DNA of 64,000 nt. Origin: an uncultured bacterium (GTDB lineage: Bacteria > Poribacteria > WGA-4E > PCPOR2b). Below the pieces are notes generated by a model, which saw only the letters and a program-made list of their open reading frames with translations, did not search any database and was not told where the DNA came from. Below are positions 38,621-49,147 of the stretch, piece after piece. Position numbers and translations under genes: made by a program. The stretch's first letter is position 1, and each line of letters starts with the position of its first letter. The stretch is taken from positions 72,121 to 136,120 of the forward strand of contig CAZOAL010000020.1 of assembly GCA_964577695.1 (NCBI GenBank), in the 5' to 3' direction.

Positions 38621-38713
38621 ATGTAAGATACAAGATGTAAGATACAAGATGCAAGATGCAGGTGAATCTCCGATCCATCGGAGCTCTGAATCCTGAATCC
38701 TGAATCCTGAATC
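38621..38713. repeat. tandem heptamer repeats: (ATGTAAG/ATACAAG/ATGCAAG) array 38621..38662 and (CTGAATC)x4 38686..38713
   Basis: Lie in the promoter region upstream of the selenoprotein-candidate gene. TTGACA at 38610. Confidence 0.7.
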
Positions 38714-38769
38714 TGGTATTCATGAAGTGTCGATCTGTTTTTGAACCATCCCCGACTCCATTTAGGTAT

Positions 38770-39198
38770 TTAGTGAGGCCTATCGGGGAGCGGCTCAAAA
38801 CTGGCACGCGCCCAGTACTCGAGCATGTGCCCGTCAGGGTCTTCAAAGTCGATGTGGACCTCGCCGTTCTCCTTGACCCGTGGGCCGTAATATCGCACAC
38901 CGTGACGCTGCAGGTTCGCTAGAGCGGCATCGGCGTCGGCGAGATCGATATAGAAGACAATGTGGTTGCGGCTGCCGCCCTCTAGCCGAATCGGGGCGGA
39001 GTTTCCACTCGGTGGAATCTCCCAGGCCCCGGGCAGCCAGAGACCGATGAAGCCATTGGCCAGCCGCACGGTTACGCTCCGCCCCGGCTCACGCATGAAC
39101 ACCGGTAGCCCGAGAACCTCTGTGTAAAACTGCTCCGAGCGTTCCAGATTCCTCACGACTAATGCAACTTCAGCAATCTGCTTAATTGGAACAGGCAT
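38770..39198 (-). CDS. VOC/glyoxalase family protein
   Basis: MPVPIKQIAEVALVVRNLERSEQFYTEVLGL is a typical glyoxalase N-terminus. Confidence 0.7.
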   Translation of the reverse strand: MPVPIKQIAEVALVVRNLERSEQFYTEVLGLPVFMREPGRSVTVRLANGFIGLWLPGAWEIPPSGNSAPIRLEGGSRNHIVFYIDLADADAALANLQRHGVRYYGPRVKENGEVHIDFEDPDGHMLEYWARASFEPLPDRPH

Positions 39199-39317
39199 CC
39201 TTTCCCTCCTTTCCTTTTCATTCAGATCGAATGAAAAATGCTTCATCTTCTACCAATGATTATATATTTTACCTCATGTCTATGGATTAGGCAACTTCTT
39301 TAATGAAATGAGAATTG

Positions 39318-39428
39318 GGCATGTTTCAGAAAACCGTTGACACTGAGACAAGATGCAAAATTCAGGGCAGGCTCTGAATCCTGAATCCAAAGTGTCAACA
39401 CATTTTTGCGGAAATTGGAAACATGCCT
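39318..39428. mobile_element. MITE-like element copy C (about 110 bp) with the same TIRs; solo TIR at 39443..39461
   Basis: GGCATGTTTCAGAAAACCGTTGACAC ... GTGTCAACACATTTTTGCGGAAATTGGAAACATGCC. Interior carries CTGAATC heptamers. Confidence 0.55.
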
Positions 39429-39611
39429 TCCCTTTTACCTCTCTACTGGCATGTTTCAAATTTCTGTCTATTTATTTCATTTTTTCCTTGCATTTTTTGT
39501 AGAAATCTTGCACACTTATCTAGGATAATTCATTCTTTGTAAACCACCAGAGAAATGAATCATTCCTTGGGCCAAATTATTTAATCTACGAGGAACCATT
39601 GAGGAGATGTC

Positions 39612-42600
39612 ATGAAAAATTATACATATCCAGAAAAGCACGGTCTATACGACCCAGCTTATGAGCACGACAGTTGTGGTGTGGGGTTTATCGCCCACAT
39701 CAAGGGAAAACGTTCACATCAGATTATTCTTGACGCCAATCAAATCCTGTGCCACATGGACCACCGCGGGGCCCGCGGCTGCGAAGTAAATACCGGTGAT
39801 GGCGCTGGCATACTCACCGCACTGCCGCATGAATTTCTGAAGCGGGTTGCGGCTGAAGAACTCAACGTCGATCTCCCCGCCCCCAATTATTTTGCCGCGG
39901 GGATAGTTTTTCTGCCAACTGATGCGGTAGAACGACAATTTTGCAAAAGAACCGTTGAGAAGATTATTGCCGAACAAGGGCAAAAATTCATCGGTTGGCG
40001 GAGTGTGCCCGTCAATCCAGACGATGCGGATATTGGCCCATCTGCACGAGCAGGCGAGCCAGTTATTGAGCAACTGTTCGTCGCCGCTGATGACAAACTG
40101 GAACCCGAAGCTTTTGAGCGGCAACTCTATGTCATTCGCAAGCGGGCGAGCCATCAATTGCGTATCCATAGTGGACTGCGCCAGGCACGTATGTTTTACA
40201 TTTGCACGCTCTCAATGAAGGTTATCGTTTATAAGGGACAGTTAATCCCAAGTCAGTTGATGCTCTACTATCCTGATCTACTTGAGCCAGATTTTAAGTC
40301 ACACCTGGCCATGGTCCACTCACGATTTTCGACCAACACCTTTCCATCCTGGGATCGCGCGCACCCGAATCGCTTTATGTCCCATAACGGCGAAATTAAC
40401 ACGCTACGCGGCAATACCAACTGGATACATGCCCGCCAGGGCGTGATGCAAAGTGAACTGTTCGGAGATGACTTGAAGAAACTGTTCCCGATTATCGAGC
40501 CTGACTGCTCCGATTCAGGTAACTTCGACAACGCTTTGGAACTGCTGCTCATGGCGGGGCGTTCACTACCCGAAGCTGTGATGATGATGATTCCGGAGGC
40601 ATGGGAGAACCATGAGTCAATCTCGCCGGCCAAACGTGCTTTCTATGAATATTATTCTTGCCTTCAGGAACCGTGGGATGGTCCTGCGTCGATTGCGTTC
40701 AGTGATGGCCACTACATCGGCGCCGTATTAGACCGCAACGGTCTACGTCCGAGTCGTTATTATGTCACGCACGATGATCGGGTGATTATGGCGAGTGAAG
40801 TCGGCGTGTTACCGGTGCCGCCGGAGCAGGTCAAGATTAAAGGGCGTCTACAGCCCGGTCGCATGTTCCTGGTTGATTTTGAACAGGGACGATTGGTGCC
40901 TGACGATGAACTCAAGCATGATATTGCCACACGCAAGCCTTACGGCGAGTGGTTAGAAAGACAGCGCATCCGATTAAGCGAACTCCCAAAAACCGAATCG
41001 CCATGGGAGGGCGAGGCTCCTGCCGAGTCCTACGATATAGACGAATTGTTGACCCGGATGCAGGCTTTCGGCTACACCGTTGAAACGCTAGAATTTATGC
41101 TGAAGGGGATTGTGGAATCGAAGAAAGACCCCGTTGGATCGATGGGCAACGATGCCGCATTAGCGTGCTTATCGGATACGCCGCGTATGCTGTACGACTA
41201 CTTCAAACAGTTGTTCGCACAAGTGACGAATCCGGCGATTGACTCCATCCGTGAAGAAATTATTATGACGCTTGAGTGCTTCATCGGTCCCGAAGGAAAC
41301 CTGTTGGAAACAACAGAGGCGCAGTGCCACCGCTTGCGAATCCCGGAACCGATTCTGACCAATGAGGAGCTCGCGACGATTAAACATCTGGATTACCGGG
41401 GATGGCGGTCAAAAGTCATCGACATGACTTACCCACGGACTGAAGGCGTCATGGGGCTAGAGCCTGCTTTGGAACGCATCTGTGAGGAAGCGACTGCGGC
41501 GATTGAGGAAGGCATTCAGCTAATCGTCCTCTCTGACCGCAACATGGGGCCAAACCGCGTGGCAATCAGTTCCCTGCTCGCTACAGGGGCTGTGCATCAC
41601 CACCTGGTACGCACGGAGAGTCGCACCCGCATCGGTATTGTGGTAGAGAGTGGTGACGCCCGCGAAGTCCATCACTTCTGCTTGCTAGTTGGCTACGGTG
41701 CTGACGCGATTAACCCATACATCGCTTTTGAGTCCCTATACCAGTTAAATCGGGATGGGGCGTTCGAGAAGGATATCACCGACGATCAACTGCTTGAGTC
41801 CTACATTGAGGGCGTTTGCAAGGGGATTTTGAAAGTCACGTCCAAAATGGGCATCTCGACTCTGGCAAGCTACAAAGGGGCTCAGGTATTTGAGGCCGTC
41901 GGTCTGAATAGCGGTGTTGTTGACCAGTGCTTCGCCGGGACTGCCAGCCGTATCCAGGGGGTTGGCTTCGATGTCCTCGCCATTGAAGCATTGCGTCGGC
42001 ATGAACTGGGGTATCCAACCCGCGAAATTGTTCGTATGCCTGTGTTGCCCAACGACGGACAGTTCCACTGGCGTAGCAGCGGGGAACAGCACCTATATAA
42101 CCCGGAAACTATCATGGACCTGCAACTCGCGGCTCGAACGAACAGCCGCGCGGCCTACGAAAAGTTTGCAGCGTACATTAACGATTATAACCGCAATCGA
42201 TGTACGTTGCGTGGGCTACTGATGTTCAAGAAGGGGGTTCCGATTCCATTAGAAGAAGTTGAACCCGCCAAGGAGATTGTCAAACGATTCTGCACCGGTG
42301 CGATGAGTTTTGGCTCGATCTCAAGAGAAACTCACGAAACACTAGCGATTGCGATGAATCGCCTGGGCGGTAAGTCCAACACAGGCGAGGGTGGCGAGGA
42401 CTACGAACGGTTTAAGCCATTGCCCAACGGTGACAGCAAGCGGTCCGCCATCAAGCAGGTTGCCTCCGGTCGATTCGGCGTAACGTCCTGGTACCTGACC
42501 AATGCCGACCAGCTTCAAATCAAGATTGCTCAAGGTGCCAAGCCCGGCGAAGGTGGTGAGCTACCCGGTTATAAGGTCAGCGAAGAGATTGCCGCGACAC

Positions 42601-44168
42601 GCCATACGACGCCGGGGGTAGGGCTCATTAGCCCACCGCCGCACCACGACATCTACTCCATTGAAGACCTCGCGCAACTCATCCACGACCTGAAGAACGC
42701 CAATCCATCGGCACGGATTAGCGTGAAACTGGTCTCCGAAGTGGGTGTGGGTACGATTGCCGCAGGTGTGGCGAAAGGGCATGCCGACCATATCCTGATT
42801 TCTGGCCATGAGGGAGGGACTGGGGCTTCACCGTGGACCTCGATTATGCACGCTGGCTTACCGTGGGAGCTGGGAATTGCTGAAACGCACCAGACATTGG
42901 TGATGAATGACCTTCGCTCCCGTGTGCGATTGGAGACTGACGGCAAGCTGTTGACGGGACGTGACGTGGTCATCGCGGCACTGCTGGGCGCTGAGGAATT
43001 TGGCTTCGCAACTGCGCCATTGATTACGCTAGGTTGTATCATGATGCGGAAGTGCCACCTGAATACCTGTCCGGTGGGTGTCGCTACGCAAGACCCTGAA
43101 CTTAGGAAGAAATTTACCGGCAAGCCTGAGCACGTCGTCAACTACTTCTTCATGGTCGCTGAAGATGCACAGAAAATTATGGCAGAACTCGGCTTCCGCA
43201 CATTTGACGAAATGATTGGGCGTGTCGATATGCTTGAGGCAGACAAAGCAATTGAACACTGGAAAGCCAAGGACCTGGACCTGACACCGATTCTAACGCC
43301 AGCGCGAAAGCTTCATCCGGGAGTGGAAGTTTACTGTACCATCAAACAGGACCACGGGTTGGAGAGAGCGTTGGACAATGAATTGATTCAGTTGGCTAGA
43401 CCTGCCTTGAAGCGAGGTGAAAAGGTTTACATTGATTTGCCTGTCCAAAACATCAACCGCGTTATCGGTACGATGCTCAGTCACGAAGTGTCAAAGGTTT
43501 ACGGTGCTGAAGGCTTGCCGCGGGACACAATCCACATCAAACTTAGCGGCTCTGCCGGTCAGAGTTTAGCCGCCTGGTTGGTCTCCGGCGTCACCATTGA
43601 GCTAGAAGGCGATGCGAATGACTATGTAGGCAAAGGCCTGTCCGGCGGGGTACTGATTGTATATCCGCCGAAAAACGCCACCTTCAAGCCCGAAGAAAAC
43701 ATCATCATCGGTAATGTGGCGTTATACGGTGCGATTGCGGGGAAGGCATTTTTCCGCGGGATGGCGGCCGAGCGGTTTGCGGTTCGCAATTCTGGCGTTC
43801 ACGCTGTCATCGAAGGGGTCGGCGACCACGGCTGCGAGTACATGACCGGTGGACGAGTGGTGGTTCTCGGTTCGACGGGACGCAACTTCGCCGCAGGCAT
43901 GTCTGGCGGCATCGCCTATGTCTGGGACATTGATGGCAAGTTTGCAGGTCGCTGCAATCTGGAGATGGTCGAACTGGAGAAGATAGAAACCGACGAGGAG
44001 AAAGCCGAAGTGCGGAACCTCATCGAGTTGCACTATCGCTATACCGGTTCAGCCGTGGCGAAGCGAATCCTTGACGATTTTGATTCCTACGTGCCGGATG
44101 GATTCGTGAAGGTCATGCCCACTGATTACAAACGGGTGCTTGAGAAACAAAAGCGACGTGCTTCGTAA
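39612..44168 (+). CDS. gltB: glutamate synthase large subunit
   Basis: 1518 aa. N-terminal amidotransferase [11 protein letters not shown] and 3Fe-4S regions. GXGXG C-terminal domain. Confidence 0.95.
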   Translation: MKNYTYPEKHGLYDPAYEHDSCGVGFIAHIKGKRSHQIILDANQILCHMDHRGARGCEVNTGDGAGILTALPHEFLKRVAAEELNVDLPAPNYFAAGIVFLPTDAVERQFCKRTVEKIIAEQGQKFIGWRSVPVNPDDADIGPSARAGEPVIEQLFVAADDKLEPEAFERQLYVIRKRASHQLRIHSGLRQARMFYICTLSMKVIVYKGQLIPSQLMLYYPDLLEPDFKSHLAMVHSRFSTNTFPSWDRAHPNRFMSHNGEINTLRGNTNWIHARQGVMQSELFGDDLKKLFPIIEPDCSDSGNFDNALELLLMAGRSLPEAVMMMIPEAWENHESISPAKRAFYEYYSCLQEPWDGPASIAFSDGHYIGAVLDRNGLRPSRYYVTHDDRVIMASEVGVLPVPPEQVKIKGRLQPGRMFLVDFEQGRLVPDDELKHDIATRKPYGEWLERQRIRLSELPKTESPWEGEAPAESYDIDELLTRMQAFGYTVETLEFMLKGIVESKKDPVGSMGNDAALACLSDTPRMLYDYFKQLFAQVTNPAIDSIREEIIMTLECFIGPEGNLLETTEAQCHRLRIPEPILTNEELATIKHLDYRGWRSKVIDMTYPRTEGVMGLEPALERICEEATAAIEEGIQLIVLSDRNMGPNRVAISSLLATGAVHHHLVRTESRTRIGIVVESGDAREVHHFCLLVGYGADAINPYIAFESLYQLNRDGAFEKDITDDQLLESYIEGVCKGILKVTSKMGISTLASYKGAQVFEAVGLNSGVVDQCFAGTASRIQGVGFDVLAIEALRRHELGYPTREIVRMPVLPNDGQFHWRSSGEQHLYNPETIMDLQLAARTNSRAAYEKFAAYINDYNRNRCTLRGLLMFKKGVPIPLEEVEPAKEIVKRFCTGAMSFGSISRETHETLAIAMNRLGGKSNTGEGGEDYERFKPLPNGDSKRSAIKQVASGRFGVTSWYLTNADQLQIKIAQGAKPGEGGELPGYKVSEEIAATRHTTPGVGLISPPPHHDIYSIEDLAQLIHDLKNANPSARISVKLVSEVGVGTIAAGVAKGHADHILISGHEGGTGASPWTSIMHAGLPWELGIAETHQTLVMNDLRSRVRLETDGKLLTGRDVVIAALLGAEEFGFATAPLITLGCIMMRKCHLNTCPVGVATQDPELRKKFTGKPEHVVNYFFMVAEDAQKIMAELGFRTFDEMIGRVDMLEADKAIEHWKAKDLDLTPILTPARKLHPGVEVYCTIKQDHGLERALDNELIQLARPALKRGEKVYIDLPVQNINRVIGTMLSHEVSKVYGAEGLPRDTIHIKLSGSAGQSLAAWLVSGVTIELEGDANDYVGKGLSGGVLIVYPPKNATFKPEENIIIGNVALYGAIAGKAFFRGMAAERFAVRNSGVHAVIEGVGDHGCEYMTGGRVVVLGSTGRNFAAGMSGGIAYVWDIDGKFAGRCNLEMVELEKIETDEEKAEVRNLIELHYRYTGSAVAKRILDDFDSYVPDGFVKVMPTDYKRVLEKQKRRAS

Positions 44169-44254
44169 GCCCCAACGCGGGGAAATACGGCTTAGGCTTC
44201 ATGTACTGGTATGGGCTCAGTTCAACAAGAATGGTGAAAAATTCTGGGTAAAAA

Positions 44255-44282
44255 GATGAGACGGAATTTTTTCCGTCTCATC
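44255..44282. terminator. hairpin GATGAGACGG-aatttttt-CCGTCTCATC downstream of gltB
   Basis: 10-bp perfect stem. T-run on the minus-strand side and A-run on the plus side (bidirectional-type). Confidence 0.4.
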
Positions 44283-44386
44283 AAGAGTTAGGACGAAGTG
44301 AAAAACGTGAAGGATGCCACTCTCGCGTAGCGGGACAAGTGTGCGGATCGCACCACAAGTAGCAAGGTTGCTTTCAAAAAAGGAGT

Positions 44387-45451
44387 GTGACACTGATGGA
44401 AAGATCGCTGTGCTATCTTGTTCTGGGTAATAACGAGTCGCCCGATGAGGTGCTACGCACCCTGCAAATGTGCGTATGGTTAAGGAATGAGCCCCCCGGA
44501 CTGAATGACGGACACTCGCGGACGGCAACAGTGAAGCTATGCCATATGGAGATAACAAAAGAGGCTTTAGATAATAGGCAACTCGGCAAATGGAAAAAAT
44601 GTATTCAATTCTGTGTTGCTAATGGAGTCGGTGTGATTCCGCTGCAGACAGAGCAGCTTATATCCCCTTATCTCACGTCTGCTCTTACCTTTGCCATGCT
44701 TAAGATTGAGAACTCCTATGACTGTCTTTTTCTTATGGCGGGTAGTGCATCCAGATCTCCGCTAGGGGATACATCTACCAATGCTATTTGGCGCGCCGTT
44801 GAAGCTCTTTATGGTGAACCCGAGGTGTGGCTACTCATCAGCAAGTCAAGGGAATTCGCTCTGATGCGGTCACGCTTTTTCAGACAATGGTACCCCATGT
44901 ACTTCGCATCGGAAGGACGGACCTGTCGCCGAGCAAGCCTGTTCTCCCCGCTTCTGCGGCGTGGAAAGATTTGGACACTGGAGCCAACTGTTTCACCGGA
45001 CAACGCATATGACCACTTAGCTGCGGTCTTTCGGGGAATGAACGCTGTGGGCGTTCTTGATGGATACCTTGCATGGAAACTGCGTATGTACCGACTAGAG
45101 ACGAAGATGCCCGAGCATTATATGCTACTGGACTTCTTATGGATGTTGGAGTTGTGTTCGCGTCTGAGAAATATCCCATTGATGGTTCTTCCGATTACTG
45201 CGAAGACGTGGACATCAGAAGGAATCAAAGCGGGGGCGCTTTTGCATGCCCCTGAGAGCATTGGTCTGCCAACGAGGTCGGGGACCAAGTTCTTGGGCAT
45301 GATGTTGGTGCTCCCATTTCTTGGAGCGGCACTAGGAACGGCTATCGGCACCCATTGGGGTAACTGGAAGTTGGGTGGTTTCTGTGGTCTGATGGCGGGC
45401 ATGACGCTCTCGGTACTTGGGCAGCTTTTGTTCTTCCAGCGAAATAGGTAA
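44387..45451 (+). CDS. hypothetical protein with C-terminal TM helices (possible first, attC-degenerate cassette)
   Basis: 354-aa ORF with no recognisable recombinase motifs. Followed by a degenerate CCCTAAC...GTTAGAA segment at 45487..45573. Confidence 0.35.
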   Translation: MTLMERSLCYLVLGNNESPDEVLRTLQMCVWLRNEPPGLNDGHSRTATVKLCHMEITKEALDNRQLGKWKKCIQFCVANGVGVIPLQTEQLISPYLTSALTFAMLKIENSYDCLFLMAGSASRSPLGDTSTNAIWRAVEALYGEPEVWLLISKSREFALMRSRFFRQWYPMYFASEGRTCRRASLFSPLLRRGKIWTLEPTVSPDNAYDHLAAVFRGMNAVGVLDGYLAWKLRMYRLETKMPEHYMLLDFLWMLELCSRLRNIPLMVLPITAKTWTSEGIKAGALLHAPESIGLPTRSGTKFLGMMLVLPFLGAALGTAIGTHWGNWKLGGFCGLMAGMTLSVLGQLLFFQRNR

Positions 45452-45585
45452 CTTTGGTGCGAGGTGCAGAGAGCATATCGTGGTCCCTAACCCACAAAGG
45501 AAGCCCTAACAAGGTGCCCCGCCTGACGGCAATTCCGTTGTGCTCCATTGTCGCAGGTGAGCTTGGGTGTTAGAAGGAGGTAGCG

Positions 45586-46188
45586 ATGAGCAACCTAGGT
45601 CATAAGAAGTGGAAGCGGCTCGCGGTTTGGATACCAGTCAACTTGATTATCTTTGTCGCAGTCGCGATAACGAACGGACTGCTCGTATTCGCCATCGGTG
45701 CGTTCTCTTCAAACCTGTTCAGTCTTTGGATGCTTACCGCTTTCGTTCTCAAGAAAGATCACGGTCATAAACTCTCGTCGGGCAAGAAGGTCACGCTGAT
45801 CGCACTCGGTACGCTCGTAGGAGCAGCTTTTGCCTACGGTCATCCACTGTATCTTGGGCTTACGCTTGCCTTCGTGATTCATGAAATGATTCTTCTGGAC
45901 CGATTCGGACTAGGTGCCTTCAGTGCGTTCTGCGCTCCTGTTGTTAGTCTTGTTCCGATTGTTAATATATCACATGCGTCATACACATTACTGACGTTAT
46001 CGTCGGCAACGTATCAATTCGAGGCCATCATTGGATACGCGGTCGTGACAATACTGCTTGTAACGAGTGTTGCGCTACTTAAGAGAGATGACAAGCAATT
46101 GCTACCGATCGTTGGCAAGACAGAACTCGAGTATGGAATTGAAAAGATAGGTGCTCACAGATGGCTGCGTTTGTTTTTCAGAGTGTAG
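45586..46188 (+). CDS. hypothetical membrane protein (cassette-encoded)
   Basis: 200 aa, 5-6 TM segments. Followed by attC-like site 1. Confidence 0.5.
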   Translation: MSNLGHKKWKRLAVWIPVNLIIFVAVAITNGLLVFAIGAFSSNLFSLWMLTAFVLKKDHGHKLSSGKKVTLIALGTLVGAAFAYGHPLYLGLTLAFVIHEMILLDRFGLGAFSAFCAPVVSLVPIVNISHASYTLLTLSSATYQFEAIIGYAVVTILLVTSVALLKRDDKQLLPIVGKTELEYGIEKIGAHRWLRLFFRV

Positions 46189-46230
46189 GTTGGGTTGAGG
46201 TGCGAAATCCAACAGAATTAATCCAGCTTC

Positions 46231-46427
46231 GCCTAACCAGTCGTTGCAGTTGACGGTCCGATAGATCGGACGAGCACGGGAGCTGTGGTTTTATGAACGT
46301 TTTTGGGGTTGCGGCGGTTTTTGGTTTGTCGGACGCTTTTCGGCAAACGCCCGCCGTGCTCGTCCGATCTATCGGACCTGTCTGCGTGCGGCACGCACAG
46401 GCAGACAACTGAACTGGGTCGTTAGGT
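46231..46427 (+). repeat. attC-like site 1 (197 bp)
   Basis: GCCTAACCAGTCGTTGCAGTTGACGGTCCGATAGATCGGACGAGCACGG ... CCGTGCTCGTCCGATCTATCGGACC ... CAACTGAACTGGGTCGTTAGGT. Long complementary L''/L' arms. Confidence 0.65.
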
Positions 46428-46696
46428 AGAGCGCAAGACAACAGCACCACAAACCGAATATGGGTGTTTACTTTCTAAGGTGAATAAGGAGAACTCATGC
46501 CAACTGGCATCCTTAGCTCTTTTCCCGATAACTTCGACGCTCCCATGCCAGAGTTTAACGCTGATGGCTTCCGCCAGACCACTCGCTTTACGAACGTATT
46601 ACGGCCGAGGCCATCAGATATTGGACAAAGTGGTTTGGACAGACTCGAAACCTTACTCCAAAAGGCCGAGTTTGGGCGACAACAGGAGGGCTACCA

Positions 46697-46923
46697 TGAA
46701 CGACGAACCTATTATTCGTAAGCCTGCAATCATCCAAGAGGAGATAGATGATCTTCGACGGTATCTTAACGGAATCCCGGAGCAATTAAGAACGAGCGGT
46801 GCATTTAATTCTTATGAACAGCGGCTGGTCGAACTAAACAGGGAACTGGTAGTAAGCCGCAATCAGAAACAGCATTCTTGGAGATCAAAAGCGAAGGAGA
46901 AGACCATGCCTAAAGAAGAGTGA
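46697..46923 (+). CDS. hypothetical small protein (cassette 2)
   Basis: 75 aa from MNDEPII with an AGGAGGG RBS. Confidence 0.4.
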
Positions 46924-47005
46924 AGAAAGGCAATTGACAGTATTACTGAAGACGATATGGAACGAGAGCTGAACAACTAGAGGTTAATAGTGAGGTGATT
47001 GTCAG

Positions 47006-47614
47006 ATGGCATTTACGGATTTTAAATCCATCCAGCAAGTTCAAGAAGCCTTCAATATAAAATATACTGAAGAAGATTACATTGACTATGATGAGATAGA
47101 ACCTTCTAAAGCCTTTCTAGAAGAGTTTGAATTTAGTCGGCGAAATATTGATGTGTTCTCATCAGAAGCATCGCGTTGCGAAAATGTCATATATCCGATA
47201 ATTCGAGATGTTTATAAGAATTATGTCGGGAAATACGCGCTATGGAGCCATAAATCGATTTTTTATGACCCCGTCCTTAGCGGTATAGCCGACTACATGA
47301 TCTCAACGAAATCAGAATTAGGGAAAACGATTTTGGGTCTTCCCGTTGTTGTGGTGGTCGAAGCGAAGCAAAATAACTTTGCGGAAGGTTGGGGGCAATG
47401 CCTAGCAGAACTGGTTGCGGTTCAGAAAATCAACAAAAATGAAGTGCTCCCCGTTCATGGAATTGTGACAGATGCCGAACTCTGGCATTTTGGAAAATTG
47501 GTTGGTAATCTTTTTACAAAGAATGAGACGGTTTTGGCGATAAGTGAACTGAAAAAAGTGTTTAGTGCGATCAGTTATTTAATTAGGTCGAGCATGAATT
47601 ACATTGAAGCCTAA
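47006..47614 (+). CDS. hypothetical protein (cassette 2)
   Basis: 202 aa. Stop TAA lies inside the inverse core GCCTAAC of attC 2. Confidence 0.5.
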   Translation: MAFTDFKSIQQVQEAFNIKYTEEDYIDYDEIEPSKAFLEEFEFSRRNIDVFSSEASRCENVIYPIIRDVYKNYVGKYALWSHKSIFYDPVLSGIADYMISTKSELGKTILGLPVVVVVEAKQNNFAEGWGQCLAELVAVQKINKNEVLPVHGIVTDAELWHFGKLVGNLFTKNETVLAISELKKVFSAISYLIRSSMNYIEA

Positions 47615-47682
47615 CCCGCCGTTGCAGTTGACCTGCCTGCACCGTGCCTTGCGCGGCTGGCAACTGAACTGGGTCGTTAGGC
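47609..47682 (+). repeat. attC-like site 2 (74 bp)
   Basis: GCCTAACCCGCCGTTGCAGTTGACC...GGCAACTGAACTGGGTCGTTAGGC. Confidence 0.65.
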
Positions 47683-47691
47683 AGTAAAGAG

Positions 47692-47925
47692 GTGATTGAT
47701 ATGGAAGTCATGGAATTAATACCGCAATTGCGCCAATTAAGCCACGCTGATAAGTTATATGTCATGCAGTTCTTGGTATCCGAACTGGCTCAGGAACAAA
47801 CTGACCTCCTTCAACCGAATCTGAACTATCCAGTTTGGTCTCCTTATGATGCCTTTGAAGCTGCCAACACAATGCTTCAGGTATTGAAAGCAGCCGAGCC
47901 GTTGAGGACAGCTCCTGATGCGTAA
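47692..47925 (+). CDS. small protein, first gene of the aspartyl-protease cassette (copy 1)
   Basis: 77 aa, about 97% identical to 50967..51200. Overlaps the downstream gene by 8 nt. Confidence 0.5.
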   Translation: MIDMEVMELIPQLRQLSHADKLYVMQFLVSELAQEQTDLLQPNLNYPVWSPYDAFEAANTMLQVLKAAEPLRTAPDA

Positions 47926-48199
47926 TAGCGAACAATACCCGTTTACTCCTGCTGATAGTACACTTGGCGAAGCCAGTCTCCGACCCTACTTGCCAATCAC
48001 ATTGACCTATCAAGGGCAATCAGTAACGGTTTCAGGTTTGCTTGATACGGGTTCTATGGTTGAAGAAAAAACGGCATGTTTCAGAAATCTTTTTACACTC
48101 TCCGCCGCTGGAAGAATGGAAGGATGGAAGGATGGGGGGCGGGAGTTCATCCCGATGCGGGCGGGAGTTCATCTCCCACTCTTCCACTCCTTGGGTTGA
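47918..48199 (+). pseudogene. retropepsin-like aspartyl protease, truncated by a MITE-like insertion after ...LLDTGSMV
   Basis: Identical to 51193.. up to nt 48059, then diverges into the GGCATGTTTCA-TIR element. The intact copy at 51193..51606 has the DTGS active site. Confidence 0.6.
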
Positions 48200-48268
48200 G
48201 CCTGTCGAAACCTTCCATCCTTTCATGCCAAGTGTAAACTGATTTTTTCGGAAATTTGAAATATGCCC
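48073..48268. mobile_element. MITE-like element copy D (about 196 bp) inserted in the cassette protease gene
   Basis: Left TIR GGCATGTTTCAGAAATCTTTTTACAC. Right TIR reverse-complement GGGCATATTTCAAATTTCCGAAAAAATCAGTTTACAC. Interior has GGAAGGATGG repeats. Confidence 0.6.
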
Positions 48269-48290
48269 TGCTACGCGGACAAAGGAAAAA

Positions 48291-48740
48291 ATGACACTTC
48301 CCAATCTCAATCATGCAGGTGAGTTACCTGAAGGCGTGCATCAGACAACAATGGATGAAGTGATTGCACGATTTGGTAGCGGAACTTCACAACGACAAAC
48401 TGTCACAGCACGATTGCAACGGCTCTATCAACTCGCCAAAGATACAGCCAAACTGCAACGATTAATCATCTTTGGGAGTTATATCACCACAAAACCCGAA
48501 CCGAATGACATCGACATCGTGCTAATCTTTGATGACGATTTCGACATCACCGCTTGTCGCGAAGAAACGAAGATGCTTCTAGAGCATCAGCAAGCAACTG
48601 AGACGTTTGGAGCAAGCGTTTTTTGGATTCGTCCTTCGTTGCTATTCCTTGAAACCCTCGACGAGTTTATTGCAGGCTGGCAAGTCAAGCCGATCAGACC
48701 CGTCGCGGAATCGTGGAGGTCAGAGAATGATTCACAATAA
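48291..48740 (+). CDS. nucleotidyltransferase (MNT-like; GSx9DxD)
   Basis: LIIFGSYITTKPEPNDIDIVLIF. Confidence 0.6.
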   Translation: MTLPNLNHAGELPEGVHQTTMDEVIARFGSGTSQRQTVTARLQRLYQLAKDTAKLQRLIIFGSYITTKPEPNDIDIVLIFDDDFDITACREETKMLLEHQQATETFGASVFWIRPSLLFLETLDEFIAGWQVKPIRPVAESWRSENDSQ

Positions 48741-48969
48741 TAAAGAACTAAAAGCAACTCAGGAACGTATTGAATATTTTCAAAATTTACTTTTACAATT
48801 GCGTGTCAAAGCCACGCCTGAAGAATTCCCTCTCATTTCAAGTGGGTATCGGGCGGAGATCGAACAGATGCAAGGCGAAGTGCTTGAATATCTGACACGA
48901 CATTCAAGTGAGCTGATGCCGACAGAGGCGACTTCAATAGAAGTAGCCGCCGTGTCAAGCAGCACCTAA
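48727..48969 (+). CDS. small helical partner protein of the NTase (possible HEPN-like or antitoxin)
   Basis: 80 aa from MIHNNKELK. 14-nt overlap with the NTase gene. Stop TAA lies inside the inverse core of attC 3. Confidence 0.4.
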   Translation: MIHNNKELKATQERIEYFQNLLLQLRVKATPEEFPLISSGYRAEIEQMQGEVLEYLTRHSSELMPTEATSIEVAAVSSST

Positions 48970-49116
48970 CCCGCCGTTGCCGTTGATGACGGTCCGATAG
49001 ATCGGACGAGCACGGGGAACTGTGGTTTTATGACTGTTTTTTGGGCTTGCGGCGAGTTTTGGTTTGTCGGATGGTTTTGACAAATCCCCCGCCGCGCCTG
49101 AACTGGGTCGTTAGGC
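48964..49116 (+). repeat. attC-like site 3 (153 bp)
   Basis: ACCTAACCCGCCGTTGCCGTTGATGACGGTCCGATAGATCGGACGAGCACGG...GCCTGAACTGGGTCGTTAGGC. Confidence 0.6.
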
Positions 49117-49147
49117 AGCAAAACAAGAAAGGATTGGGTTGTACATT

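Noticed and set aside
26337-38713. Considered whether the short tandem repeat arrays could be CRISPR arrays
   Set aside because: Units are only 7 nt with no unique spacers and no cas genes nearby, so they are simple tandem repeats.
39714-44033. Numerous 60-160 aa ORFs on both strands within gltB
   Set aside because: gltB is an uninterrupted, highly recognisable 1518-codon frame. Internal ORFs are chance frames.
44217-44558. Minus-strand 113-aa ORF overlapping the gltB terminator region
   Set aside because: No RBS, overlaps the terminator hairpin and the start of the + strand cassette ORF. Likely non-coding.
44169-46230. Looked for an integron integrase (intI) or attI next to the first attC-like site
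   Set aside because: The only ORFs are + strand hypothetical or membrane proteins with no tyrosine-recombinase motifs. Minus-strand ORFs there are short and non-homologous. Array is therefore called integrase-less.
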